From NCBI GenBank assembly GCA_963758495.1, contig CAVWVI010000003.1, forward strand, positions 288,001-352,000: DNA of 64,000 nucleotides, read 5' to 3'. Origin of the DNA: Oligoflexia bacterium. GTDB taxonomy: Bacteria; Bdellovibrionota; UBA1018. Shown here one piece after another: positions 18,719-28,093 of the stretch. A program made the translations under genes and the position numbers. Numbering within the stretch: position 1 is the stretch's first letter; the number at the start of each line of letters is the position of its first letter. The notes beneath the pieces were generated by a model. The model was given only the letters and a program-made list of their open reading frames with translations. It had not been told where the DNA came from and searched no databases.

Positions 18719-20218
18719 GTGAAACAAGAATTCAAGATATTGTTAGTTGAGGATCAGGAGAGCTTTAGAGAGGCTGTCATTCAACTTCTTGGGGTGTACA
18801 ACGAAGTTCACGGAGTAAAGAACCTAGCTGAAGCAAGAGACATCCTACAAAAGCGATCCTTTGAGGTCGTTATCTTAGACAAGAATTTACCTGATGGAGA
18901 TGGATTTCACCTCATCTCTGAAATTAAAGAAGAAAATCCAAACTCCGTAGTGATTGTTCTTACGTCCAACAGCGATTTCAGTAACGTGAAAAAATGTATC
19001 GCACTGGGTGCAGATGACTATGTCGTAAAGAGTGGAAATATTATTCCAGAACTCCTGATTCGGATTCCAATTGCAGTCTCCAGAGCGGCAAATGACCGGC
19101 AGCTCACCCATTTGAACAATCAAATCAAAAAGGCCTTTAAATATGAGTTGGTTGGAAAATCAAAAGCTGCAACTGAACTTCGACTATCCATCCTAAGCCT
19201 TAAGGGCACACCTTCGACAGTTCTTATTACGGGGGAAAGTGGAACAGGAAAAGAAGTGATTGCTCGCCGATTGCATGCGATCGAAGATGACAGCAAGAAT
19301 CGTCCTTTTATTGCATTGAACTGTGGCTCTATCCCAGAGAACCTCATCGAGAGCGAACTCTTTGGGCATAAAAAAGGCTCATTTACTGGAGCACATGCTG
19401 ATCAAGTTGGAAAGTTTGAATTGGCTCACGGAGGAGATCTTTTTCTAGATGAAGTAGGAGAACTCTCCCTTACAGCACAGATTAAGCTTCTTAGAGTTCT
19501 TCAGGACCAACAGTTCTATCGAATTGGCGGAATCAAACCTATTCAAGTCTCATGTAGAGTCATCGCCGCGACCAATCAGGATCTAGAGGAATTAATTCGA
19601 CAGAAGAAGTTCCGATCCGACCTGTTTTATCGTCTCAACGTTTTGAAATTTCATGCTCCACCACTTAGGTCTCGGCAAGAGGATATTCCAGACCTTGTCC
19701 AATTTTTTCTACTTCAAATTGGCGCACCCTTCATGACTTTGACCGACAAAGCTTATAGCAAGCTGGCCGAACATGACTGGCCTGGAAACATCCGAGAGCT
19801 TGGGAACATAATAGAACGCGGAGTCATTTCAGCTAGAAAGAAGAAATCTAACCGTATTGATCATGAAGACCTCACTATCGATCGATCTCTTGAAGGGAGG
19901 GAAGCCGGAGGTCGTAGAATTGAAATGGCTCTTCCAAGTGACTTTGGAGACCTGTCTGAGCAGGGCTATAGAGAATACCTAGAGCTAGCTGAACGTGAGT
20001 ATCTCAAGAAGGCTTTGTCTATTCACAATGGAAATGTCGCAAATGCTGCATCTGCAATTGGAATGTCGAGAAGCAATCTTTTTCGGAAAATTTCCCAGCT
20101 TGGAATTTCAAAAAAGACTGAGGATGAGTCCCTGACTATAAATAACAGCAATACTTTACATCCCCTCACCTCCAAATATCGCCACGATCAACACTTGGAT
20201 ACAGCAGAGGCAAGATAA
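18719..20218 (+). CDS. NtrC-family sigma54-dependent response regulator
   Basis: Receiver domain, GESGTGKE, ESELFGH..GSFTGA, FLDEVGE, WPGNIREL, C-terminal Fis-type HTH. Confidence 0.96.
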   Translation: MKQEFKILLVEDQESFREAVIQLLGVYNEVHGVKNLAEARDILQKRSFEVVILDKNLPDGDGFHLISEIKEENPNSVVIVLTSNSDFSNVKKCIALGADDYVVKSGNIIPELLIRIPIAVSRAANDRQLTHLNNQIKKAFKYELVGKSKAATELRLSILSLKGTPSTVLITGESGTGKEVIARRLHAIEDDSKNRPFIALNCGSIPENLIESELFGHKKGSFTGAHADQVGKFELAHGGDLFLDEVGELSLTAQIKLLRVLQDQQFYRIGGIKPIQVSCRVIAATNQDLEELIRQKKFRSDLFYRLNVLKFHAPPLRSRQEDIPDLVQFFLLQIGAPFMTLTDKAYSKLAEHDWPGNIRELGNIIERGVISARKKKSNRIDHEDLTIDRSLEGREAGGRRIEMALPSDFGDLSEQGYREYLELAEREYLKKALSIHNGNVANAASAIGMSRSNLFRKISQLGISKKTEDESLTINNSNTLHPLTSKYRHDQHLDTAEAR

Positions 20219-20220
20219 CT

Positions 20221-20964
20221 ATGTCGAGCAATAATCAGAATCTCGTTGGAAAAGTAGCTCTCGTTACAGGAGCAAATAGAGGAATTGGACTTGAGGTGTG
20301 TAGACAGCTCGCTCAAAAAGGTGCCCGAGTTATCCTCACCAGTCGCGACGAAAGGAAAGGTCAGGAAGCAAAGACCTTGCTTACCAAATCAGGGCTAAAT
20401 GTTGATTTTTGGGTATTGGATGTCCAAAACGATGAGAGCGTTCGTCATGCAAGAGAGTACGTAGAGGGAGCTTTTGGAAGGCTGGATATTCTAATCAACA
20501 ACGCAGGTATTTTGCCTGATAACACAACACCAGGCATATTCTCTGATCGAAGTATTTTAGAAACAGACTTCGATGATATTCTTGCAGCGTTCCAGACCAA
20601 CTCTCTAGGCGTCGTCCGTGTTTGTCGTGAATTTGTACCTCTTATGAAAAAAGGTGGTTCAGGTCGGATCGTTAACGTTTCGAGCATGATCGCACAGCTT
20701 GCAACCATGGACAGCGGCAGCCCTGCATACCGGATTTCAAAAGTTGCACTGAACGCGATTACACGCATCCTCGCGGACGAACTCAAAGATCATCATATTC
20801 TATGTAACTGCGTTAGCCCTGGTTGGGTCAAGACTGATATGGGTGGTCCCAATGCCAATATTCCTGTGGACCAAGGAGCAGCTGGAATTGTAGACCTTGC
20901 ATGCCTACCCGACGGTGGAGCAACTGGGCAGTTCTTTCGAAATGGGCAGGTCATTGAATGGTGA
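20221..20964 (+). CDS. Short-chain dehydrogenase/reductase (carbonyl reductase-like)
   Basis: TGANRGIG, NNAG, YRISK, PGWVKTDMGG. Confidence 0.95.
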   Translation: MSSNNQNLVGKVALVTGANRGIGLEVCRQLAQKGARVILTSRDERKGQEAKTLLTKSGLNVDFWVLDVQNDESVRHAREYVEGAFGRLDILINNAGILPDNTTPGIFSDRSILETDFDDILAAFQTNSLGVVRVCREFVPLMKKGGSGRIVNVSSMIAQLATMDSGSPAYRISKVALNAITRILADELKDHHILCNCVSPGWVKTDMGGPNANIPVDQGAAGIVDLACLPDGGATGQFFRNGQVIEW

Positions 20965-22895
20965 CCATCAATTTTGTTCGAAACAGACAGCTTGGAAGTG
21001 TAATTCTATTTGGGATTTTTCTGGTTTCGGCCTTTATCATTCCCTTTTACGTCAATGACATTTGTCGCTGGATCAGTCTTTCCACTGATAGGTCTGGGTT
21101 TATCGTTGCCGTACATGAAGCCATTTGCTCGGCACTCTCATTTTCTTGGCTGTTATACATTCGAAAGAAATCTGAAAGGCAGCAGAGTTGGGAAAAATAT
21201 TTTCCTTTAGTATTCATCTGCCTTTCCTTTGCTGACCTTGCATATGGGGTTCACTATTACTTTCTAAATCACGTATTCAAGAACACACCAGGATTCTTGA
21301 TTCACCAGATCCCATATATTTTAGTAATGTACTTTCTCTCTCATGTCACGATCATGAGGAGCTTTGAAAACACGAAAAAAAAGAAGGAAAAATACCTCAT
21401 TGGTGGTGCAATTGCTGCTATAGCAGCCATCTATTTCGCCTGTTCCTACAAGATGGTTCTTAGCTATCATTTTCCTGCAGGGTACCAGCGTCCTACAGCC
21501 AATTTTATTACCTCCTACATATACGGCATCCTGCAGTCTATCTCGATGGGCGGGCTTGTAGTCGCAAGTCTTAGGACTCCTGGACTCGCAGAGTTTTTTC
21601 AATGGTTCCTTTTTGTAACCATGAATGGAAGCGATTTCGCCCTGAGATACCAGGACGTAGGTGCTCACAAGCTAGGTACCCCCATGTTTGAATATGGTTG
21701 GGAAATAGCTGTTGCCGGAATCAGCGCACTTATTCTCTTTCGAAGATTGGGTTTAGGTCAAACTGACAAGCTCATGAATGAAATGCCAACTCCAGTGAAT
21801 AGCATTCGAGTTCTAGCTCCACTTTCCACCCTATCGATACTCGCACTCTTTGTTGTTCTAAACTTGGTATCTGCTCCCTATTTTGAAATTGCCAATATTA
21901 ATACCATCAGTGGACATACACTGATTTTCGCCTTTGTGTGGCTAACGGCAAACGGAATGGGACTTTATCTTAGTCAGATTCTTTCCGATCGAATTAGAAA
22001 GCTTAATCTTCAAATTGAATCAGCTCAATCTTTGGAAGACTTGGATAAATTGCGCGGAAATCTCGTCGAAATGAACCCAGTGTTTCAGTCCCTTAAGCAG
22101 ATGAAAATTCAGTTGAGTCATTCAATGGAAGAGAATCTGAAAGCAAGATCCTTAGCCGCTGTTGCATCCACAGCGTCAAGAGTAGTGCATAATATTCGTT
22201 CTCCCCTTTCTGCCTTGGAGATGGGACTGAGTATTGTCCCCGATATGCCTGCTAATGCCGATTCGATTATTAGAAAGTCTCTTGGAGAAATCAAAAGCTT
22301 CGTTAAGGACTTGGAAGCTCAGTCGCGTAAATTCAAAATGGAGGATCATAACCTCGGAAACACCAAAGATATTCGGCCCAAGACAGTGGAGCAGATTTCT
22401 AAGCTGGTAGAACTCTCAGTTGCTCAAAAGAAGATTGAACTTCACCAAAGGTCCGAGATTCAGATAATTTTAGAGATTAATGAGAACGCACGCTCTCTTT
22501 ATTCCGAATTGGACTCCCTAGAATTTTCCACCATCATTTCTAATTTAGTCAACAACGCAGTCGATGAAATGCAGGCCGGCGGCCAAGTTAAAGTTCTTCT
22601 TTCGAGAGACGGCAATTTCGGCGTCTTACAAGTTGTCGACAACGGGAAAGGCATCGCTGCCGAACTCCTACCCAACCTTGGAACCCTAGGATTCACCCAT
22701 GGCAAAAAGCATGGAACTGGGCGAGGCCTTCATGATGCGAAGAAAGCCATAGAAGCTTGGGATGGGCGTATCTCCTTCCATTCAGAACTAGGTAAGGGGG
22801 TGTGCGTTTCAATCCAGTTGCCCGATTTAAACTACCACTTATGTAACCAACCAATGAGCCCATTTCTTAAACCCAACCCATATTGCAGGAATTAA
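20958..22895 (+). CDS. Multi-TM sensor histidine kinase
   Basis: Polytopic N-terminus; H-box VHNIRSPL, N-box NLVNNA, DNGKG, GTGRGL. Confidence 0.92.
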   Translation: MVTINFVRNRQLGSVILFGIFLVSAFIIPFYVNDICRWISLSTDRSGFIVAVHEAICSALSFSWLLYIRKKSERQQSWEKYFPLVFICLSFADLAYGVHYYFLNHVFKNTPGFLIHQIPYILVMYFLSHVTIMRSFENTKKKKEKYLIGGAIAAIAAIYFACSYKMVLSYHFPAGYQRPTANFITSYIYGILQSISMGGLVVASLRTPGLAEFFQWFLFVTMNGSDFALRYQDVGAHKLGTPMFEYGWEIAVAGISALILFRRLGLGQTDKLMNEMPTPVNSIRVLAPLSTLSILALFVVLNLVSAPYFEIANINTISGHTLIFAFVWLTANGMGLYLSQILSDRIRKLNLQIESAQSLEDLDKLRGNLVEMNPVFQSLKQMKIQLSHSMEENLKARSLAAVASTASRVVHNIRSPLSALEMGLSIVPDMPANADSIIRKSLGEIKSFVKDLEAQSRKFKMEDHNLGNTKDIRPKTVEQISKLVELSVAQKKIELHQRSEIQIILEINENARSLYSELDSLEFSTIISNLVNNAVDEMQAGGQVKVLLSRDGNFGVLQVVDNGKGIAAELLPNLGTLGFTHGKKHGTGRGLHDAKKAIEAWDGRISFHSELGKGVCVSIQLPDLNYHLCNQPMSPFLKPNPYCRN

Positions 22896-23414
22896 AATCA
22901 GAATAATTGCAAAAATTGACATTCTCGCTGGAAATAAGGGGTAACAATCTGGTCCCCAAATTTTCCGACCATAGTTTTGACAAAGTAAACCCAGTCCATT
23001 TATTTTTAAGATCATATTTGAATCTTCACTGTATGGAATTTCGAACCAATCATCAGGGTTAAGTTCACTCAATTTCATTGGCTCGGAGAGGCTTTTAGTG
23101 GGTTTCTTGCTCTCGTTATGCCGCGCATATGCACTGAAGTTGCATTTATCATCCGAAGACTCCGTAGGATCACCACTTCCTCCAGGATTTTTTCCTTGAG
23201 AAATTCGCATTTCTCTATCTGTCAGTTTACAGTATGGGCCTTCTTCTAACTTCTTCCAGGTTACTTTGATCTCATCAGGAAGCTCCGAGAAAACAACTAC
23301 ATCATGAAGAAATATGACCGACAAGCAGGCAAGCCCACCAATACTTATTGTAATTAGTATAATTTTAATAGTTAAGTATAACTTATTAATAATTCTATTT
23401 AATTTAATTTCCAC
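22839..23414 (-). CDS. Hypothetical two-TM membrane protein
   Basis: 191-aa ORF with N- and C-terminal TM helices. Confidence 0.55.
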   Translation of the reverse strand: MEIKLNRIINKLYLTIKIILITISIGGLACLSVIFLHDVVVFSELPDEIKVTWKKLEEGPYCKLTDREMRISQGKNPGGSGDPTESSDDKCNFSAYARHNESKKPTKSLSEPMKLSELNPDDWFEIPYSEDSNMILKINGLGLLCQNYGRKIWGPDCYPLFPARMSIFAIILILIPAIWVGFKKWAHWLVT

Positions 23415-23668
23415 TACACTATTGTCCTATATAAATAGAAGTGTGTGAACTACATTAGAAGTATTTTAAGACAGCACAAAAACCTAACAAATACTTACCT
23501 TTTATTTGGATTTGACTCAAATCAGGCTCAACTATACCGCGAGGTGTTTGTGACACTGCCAAAACAGTAACCTAGGAAACTGCCAATTAAAGAAATGTGT
23601 GGATCCAGGAGGCGGTTGGGTATTTGTAATCTAGTTCCGAAATATGCATCAAAAAATAACTTCAGTTA

Positions 23669-24364
23669 TTATCTTTTCGCTAAAATATAATAGTCTAGAT
23701 CTGGCTCGTTCCTCCATTGAATCCGATCATATACGCTATCTAGTAATGCAATTTCTTCATTATGGCCTTGACGGTAAATTCGGATTTCGAATCTGATGCT
23801 GTTAGCAATAATGTATGCGTGCAAATCCCTTAAAAAATACATAGTGTGTTTTCTGGCTATTTCCTGATGAGATTCGCTGCAATAGAAAGAATGGGCCGAA
23901 TGGATATTCGTTGTTGCATTAATATTGCTATTTAAAAGCACTTCTCCGTTTAAATATTTTGACCTACAGCATACTGGCTTCATTGCATTGGGCTTCACCT
24001 CGAATTGAAAGGTGTGAATCTGACTATCGAAGATTTCCAATTTGTTTAAGAGTCTTAGTCGATCAAACTCCTTCTTGCATGGATCTGGAAAGTTCGCCCT
24101 GGTATCATGAAGACAGGTATCATCATTGACCCAACTGAAGTAGACGGCGTTAATACTTGCAAGTACCTCGAAAAAAAGCTTGTACTGACCATTCGCAGCA
24201 GGAATCTTTTGCCTATAGGGAGCAAGCCCAGGCCGAATATAGTCGTGAAGATAGGGATCTTGGGCCACATGATCCACCGCGTGAAAGACCATATTTTGCA
24301 GATTTAGTTTCCAAGAGAAGACTCTTTCAAGGAAAAACCGTGAGTAGAGAACTCTATGTGCCAT
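23669..24364 (-). CDS. YhaV/RelE-like toxin domain with C-terminal extension
   Basis: QYKLFF...VYFSWVNDD..L......DP...F resembles the YhaV signature. Confidence 0.55.
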   Translation of the reverse strand: MAHRVLYSRFFLERVFSWKLNLQNMVFHAVDHVAQDPYLHDYIRPGLAPYRQKIPAANGQYKLFFEVLASINAVYFSWVNDDTCLHDTRANFPDPCKKEFDRLRLLNKLEIFDSQIHTFQFEVKPNAMKPVCCRSKYLNGEVLLNSNINATTNIHSAHSFYCSESHQEIARKHTMYFLRDLHAYIIANSIRFEIRIYRQGHNEEIALLDSVYDRIQWRNEPDLDYYILAKR

Positions 24365-24453
24365 TCGCTCATTTTAACCAATACAGTTAAATTTTCTACT
24401 TATAACATCTCAATATCTTTAAGTTATTTTTAACTTTAATAAAATATCAACTT

Positions 24454-24927
24454 TTGTTAAAGTGTCATCAAGACCTGGTCGATAAGCATAAAGAAGATGA
24501 GGAGGTATCAATGAAAAGCATTTTAACACGAGATGTCGTTGCCAACTTAAAAGACTTTTTGAAATGCCCCCAAAAGGTCCTTTGTGATTACCTTGGGATT
24601 TCTCAGGTAGCACTGTCTCAAAATATCGAAAGACCGTTTAAGTTAATTTTGGAAAATAAGGTTGGTAAACGATTAAATACCTTTCTGTTTTTAATTGATT
24701 GCATCAAAAAGGATAGCACCTTGGATGCAGCGACTATCCACCGAGTGTTGGCACTTCCTTCCTACGAAATGAAAGATGGATGGAAAATTGATGCAATTAC
24801 AGCTCTTCATGATGATTGTAATGAAGAAATATTAGTCGAAATCTTCAATATGTCTTTGATGGTTCTGCGCGCACGTTTTGACAAAAAACCCATTTACGAT
24901 GGAATGTACAAGACCATTCATCGCTAG
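24454..24927 (+). CDS. HTH protein, putative antitoxin/regulator
   Basis: QKVLCDYLGISQVALSQ HTH; likely start ATG 24511 after gaggagg; divergent from the toxin-like gene. Confidence 0.55.
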   Translation: MLKCHQDLVDKHKEDEEVSMKSILTRDVVANLKDFLKCPQKVLCDYLGISQVALSQNIERPFKLILENKVGKRLNTFLFLIDCIKKDSTLDAATIHRVLALPSYEMKDGWKIDAITALHDDCNEEILVEIFNMSLMVLRARFDKKPIYDGMYKTIHR

Positions 24928-25004
24928 TCTGACACCTGACCATAAATTCAGTCCCAAGTTTTCAGCAAGAGAGCCTTAATTTTTTTTAGACTTACCGCAA
25001 AAAT

Positions 25005-27452
25005 TCACGGTTTATTTCTCGTTTCAAGAATTTGACGAAGTCGCCTGGCCGCTGCAACTTTACAGACTCCCTCTTCATCTAATCTAATTGCTTCTTCAAG
25101 TTCAACCTGCGCCTTTTCCAAATCTCCCATCGCAATCAATACTAGCGAATAGTTATAGTGGGTTTCTGCCCAAGCGGTATCGAGATCGACTGCTTTTCTC
25201 ACCGCACCCAGAGCATCCTCAAGTCGCCCCAGCTTAACAAAACTATGCGATAGATTAGAATAGCTTACGCCCCTATTTTGAAGTGAAGCTTCCATTTCTA
25301 ATGCCGCATGCAAGTAAGGAATAGCTCCACTGTAGTCTCCCTTCATGTTTAGAGTGTAGCCTAAACTATTCAAGCCGAACCAGTCTTGCGCATCAAGCTC
25401 GACACAACGCCTGAAAGCATCTTCGCCGGATTGATAGTCCCCCAATCTCACTGCTGCAAAACCTAAATAGTACCAGTGTGCACTATCTTTGGGCGATTGA
25501 TGGACCAGTCTCTTGAATGTCGACATAGCTTGCTCATACGAACACATTTCAAGGAATGTCATGCCCAACGATGAAAGCAGATCCTCGTTCTCCGGGTCCT
25601 CTTTGAGCCCTTCCAACAGGAGTGCTCTAGATTCTACAAATTTCTTGTTCTTTCTTAAGGCATCTGAAAGAGAGTCTCTCGCCTGAATCCATTTTGGACA
25701 GTCTTTAACAACAGCCTCTAAATGCTCAATTGCAGAATCATACTTTTGTTGTTTTAAATTACAGATCCCTAACAAATAAAATGTAATTGGATGAAAGTCA
25801 GAACTCAAACCTTGGAGAACTGCTTCAGCCAATGAATATTGCTTCTGATTAAGATACATGCGGGCGAGTTCATTTGAAATCGGTCTACTATTCCTAAATC
25901 GTCCCAACCCATTTTTGGCGATTGAGATTGCTTCTGTGGGTTGATCGTCTTGAAAATAAGCTCTCGCCAATGTCTCGAATAGACTCTCGTCTCCCGCGTC
26001 TTTGAATCTCAACAGCACAGATATTATTCGCTTTGGAGCAATATTGTTCGCAAGCGCGTAACCACACATCTCAGACCAAAATGCAGGATAAGTAAAAATG
26101 GCTTTATGGCTCTGCTCCAGCCATTCAATCATCTTGTCAGGACTCCCATTCAAAAACGAAGCAAGAGACCCAAATATATAAGTCACGGCTTCATTGGGCT
26201 TGAGAATTAAAAGTTCCTCCGCAGTATTCTCAAGATCGCTATAAGCCCGTCTCCGAAGCTGTATTAATCCATTTATGCGAAGACCTAGATATTTTTCCTT
26301 CTTTTCTTTCAGTAAAGGACCAATTGCTTTCTCTGCGATTTCTAATTCATCGAGAGTTATAGCAAAACTTGCAACCTTATTCCTATTTCGGCTGTCTTTA
26401 AGGCTTTCAAGGTCAATATCCTTTAATGCTTTTACTGCGGATGTTTGTTGTTTTTTATCAAAGTATATTTCAGCCGTCTTTACTAGCAGGAGCGCCTTGC
26501 TATCTGGATCATTGGTGGTCTTCAAGTATCTTCCATAAAGATCCAAAGCCTCATCAAACTCTCCCTCAAGTCGAAGAATTTTGCCAAGCAACAATACCGA
26601 CGCGTTTTCTTCCAAAGTCCTGGCGATTAGGTATCGCCTTGCTAACTCGATTTCCTTCTTTTCCAGAAGAAATTCTGCAATTTGCCGGAGCTCCTTTTCG
26701 GTCATTTTGGAGTGCTCTAAAATTCTTTCGAAGATTTTTATAGCATTTTCCCTTTGACCAGCTAGATATGCGCGCTTAGCTCCAGCGAACAGGGCCGACT
26801 TAGGAGTGACAGAAAGTGCCCGCTTCTTAATTCTGTACGCAGCAAGTGAAGATACGAGTTCATTACTAATATTAGGGGCAGTTGTTTTCAAAGAATAGAA
26901 ATAGAAAGCTTTCTTCGAAGAGGGAGACACTTCCCTATCTGCCTGCAGCGCGGGATTCATTAAGTTGGATTTGGAGATCTCTTTCTTCCCCTCAGAACTG
27001 AGTGTTACATTCACACACTTTTCAATAAAGGCCCTTCCTTCAGAAGAAAGTAACCTAATTTTTGACAGAAGCATCAATTCCGCGCCTGAATATCCCTGGA
27101 TTTGGGGGATAAGGGTTTCTGAACCTTGAACGGTGGTCTGAGGCAGCTCCGATTTCAAGCTTAAAGTCAAACGCAAGAATTCCCTTGGCTCTTCCTGTAG
27201 GAAAGTTGCAAGTCTAGAGGCCATTTTCAAATTGGGAACATACTGCCCGCGCTCAATTTTGGAAATATAGGTAACATGTTTTTCTAATAGTTTCGCTAGA
27301 TTAGCTTGTGACAGGCCTAATTTTTCCCGTTTCGCGGCTATCATCCGCCCATAAACGCCAGGAGTAACTTCCCCTCGCACTGCTACTTTTTCCGATGATT
27401 CCGTCCATTCATTCATAGAATGATTATAGCATAGCATGATTATGCTACTCAA
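25005..27452 (-). CDS. XRE-HTH plus long TPR-array protein
   Basis: REKLGLSQANLAKLL....TYISKIERG HTH; many TPR units (WYYLGFA, YSNLSHS, HYNYSLV). Confidence 0.88.
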   Translation of the reverse strand: MSSIIMLCYNHSMNEWTESSEKVAVRGEVTPGVYGRMIAAKREKLGLSQANLAKLLEKHVTYISKIERGQYVPNLKMASRLATFLQEEPREFLRLTLSLKSELPQTTVQGSETLIPQIQGYSGAELMLLSKIRLLSSEGRAFIEKCVNVTLSSEGKKEISKSNLMNPALQADREVSPSSKKAFYFYSLKTTAPNISNELVSSLAAYRIKKRALSVTPKSALFAGAKRAYLAGQRENAIKIFERILEHSKMTEKELRQIAEFLLEKKEIELARRYLIARTLEENASVLLLGKILRLEGEFDEALDLYGRYLKTTNDPDSKALLLVKTAEIYFDKKQQTSAVKALKDIDLESLKDSRNRNKVASFAITLDELEIAEKAIGPLLKEKKEKYLGLRINGLIQLRRRAYSDLENTAEELLILKPNEAVTYIFGSLASFLNGSPDKMIEWLEQSHKAIFTYPAFWSEMCGYALANNIAPKRIISVLLRFKDAGDESLFETLARAYFQDDQPTEAISIAKNGLGRFRNSRPISNELARMYLNQKQYSLAEAVLQGLSSDFHPITFYLLGICNLKQQKYDSAIEHLEAVVKDCPKWIQARDSLSDALRKNKKFVESRALLLEGLKEDPENEDLLSSLGMTFLEMCSYEQAMSTFKRLVHQSPKDSAHWYYLGFAAVRLGDYQSGEDAFRRCVELDAQDWFGLNSLGYTLNMKGDYSGAIPYLHAALEMEASLQNRGVSYSNLSHSFVKLGRLEDALGAVRKAVDLDTAWAETHYNYSLVLIAMGDLEKAQVELEEAIRLDEEGVCKVAAARRLRQILETRNKP

Positions 27453-27473
27453 TGAAAAATTGGTATTTACTAT

Positions 27474-27502
27474 TTGACATCTAGCGAATAGCCATGTAGA
27501 AT
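27474..27502 (+). promoter_or_regulatory. Near-consensus sigma70 promoter divergent from the HTH-TPR gene
   Basis: TTGACA-17 nt-TAGAAT; palindrome tagcat-gatt-atgcta at 27432-27447. Confidence 0.6.
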
Positions 27503-27768
27503 ATTAGGTACAGATGTGGGTTCTTAAAATTTCGTAGATGGCTGCAGGTAGTCTGCAGGTTTTGAAAAAGAAAAAGAAGACAGCATTGTTTGCGCAAAGC
27601 TGCCTTCTCAAAAAAGTTGTCCGGAAAAACCGAGCAAGTTTTATTAGACCGGCAGTCATAATAATACCTATTCGACCATCCAAAGGACAGCAAAAACTAC
27701 CAGGAAAGGCCACAGCCTGAGGGGAAACTATTCCCTTAATACTGGGTGTCGTCCATGAGGTGTAATGA

Positions 27769-27975
27769 ATGTCGAATATAATCACTTATAAACCAGGTCA
27801 AATTGCAACGCAGTCAGGTATCTATAGAGTCCTTCATGATTTTTGCCACTCCAAGTATCATGAGGTGACAGTTGTGGCAGGAGATAGGTTTCCTCCCTGC
27901 CACGGTTGTTCAACCAATTTACGCTTTGCTCTAGTCCGCGCTGCCATCCACATCAACTACCTGAACCATAGATAG
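27769..27975 (+). CDS. YjzC-like small protein
   Basis: YKPGQ.A..SGIY...EVTVVAGDRFPPC; RBS gaggtg. Confidence 0.7.
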   Translation: MSNIITYKPGQIATQSGIYRVLHDFCHSKYHEVTVVAGDRFPPCHGCSTNLRFALVRAAIHINYLNHR

Positions 27976-27982
27976 GCAAACT

Positions 27983-28032
27983 GTCCAATAAAGAACACAT
28001 AGGTACCAATTCAAGTGTGTTCTTTATTGGAC
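27983..28032. terminator. Perfect 17-bp inverted repeat followed by T-rich tract
   Basis: gtccaataaagaacaca ... tgtgttctttattggac. Confidence 0.55.
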
Positions 28033-28093
28033 CTATTTTATACTTTTTTTATTTATTAAAAATAAAACAATCTATTTCCGACTTGGAGATTCT

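Noticed and set aside
27481..27785. Short ORFs as the peptide signal for the HTH-TPR protein
   Set aside because: None has a convincing RBS together with a signal peptide.
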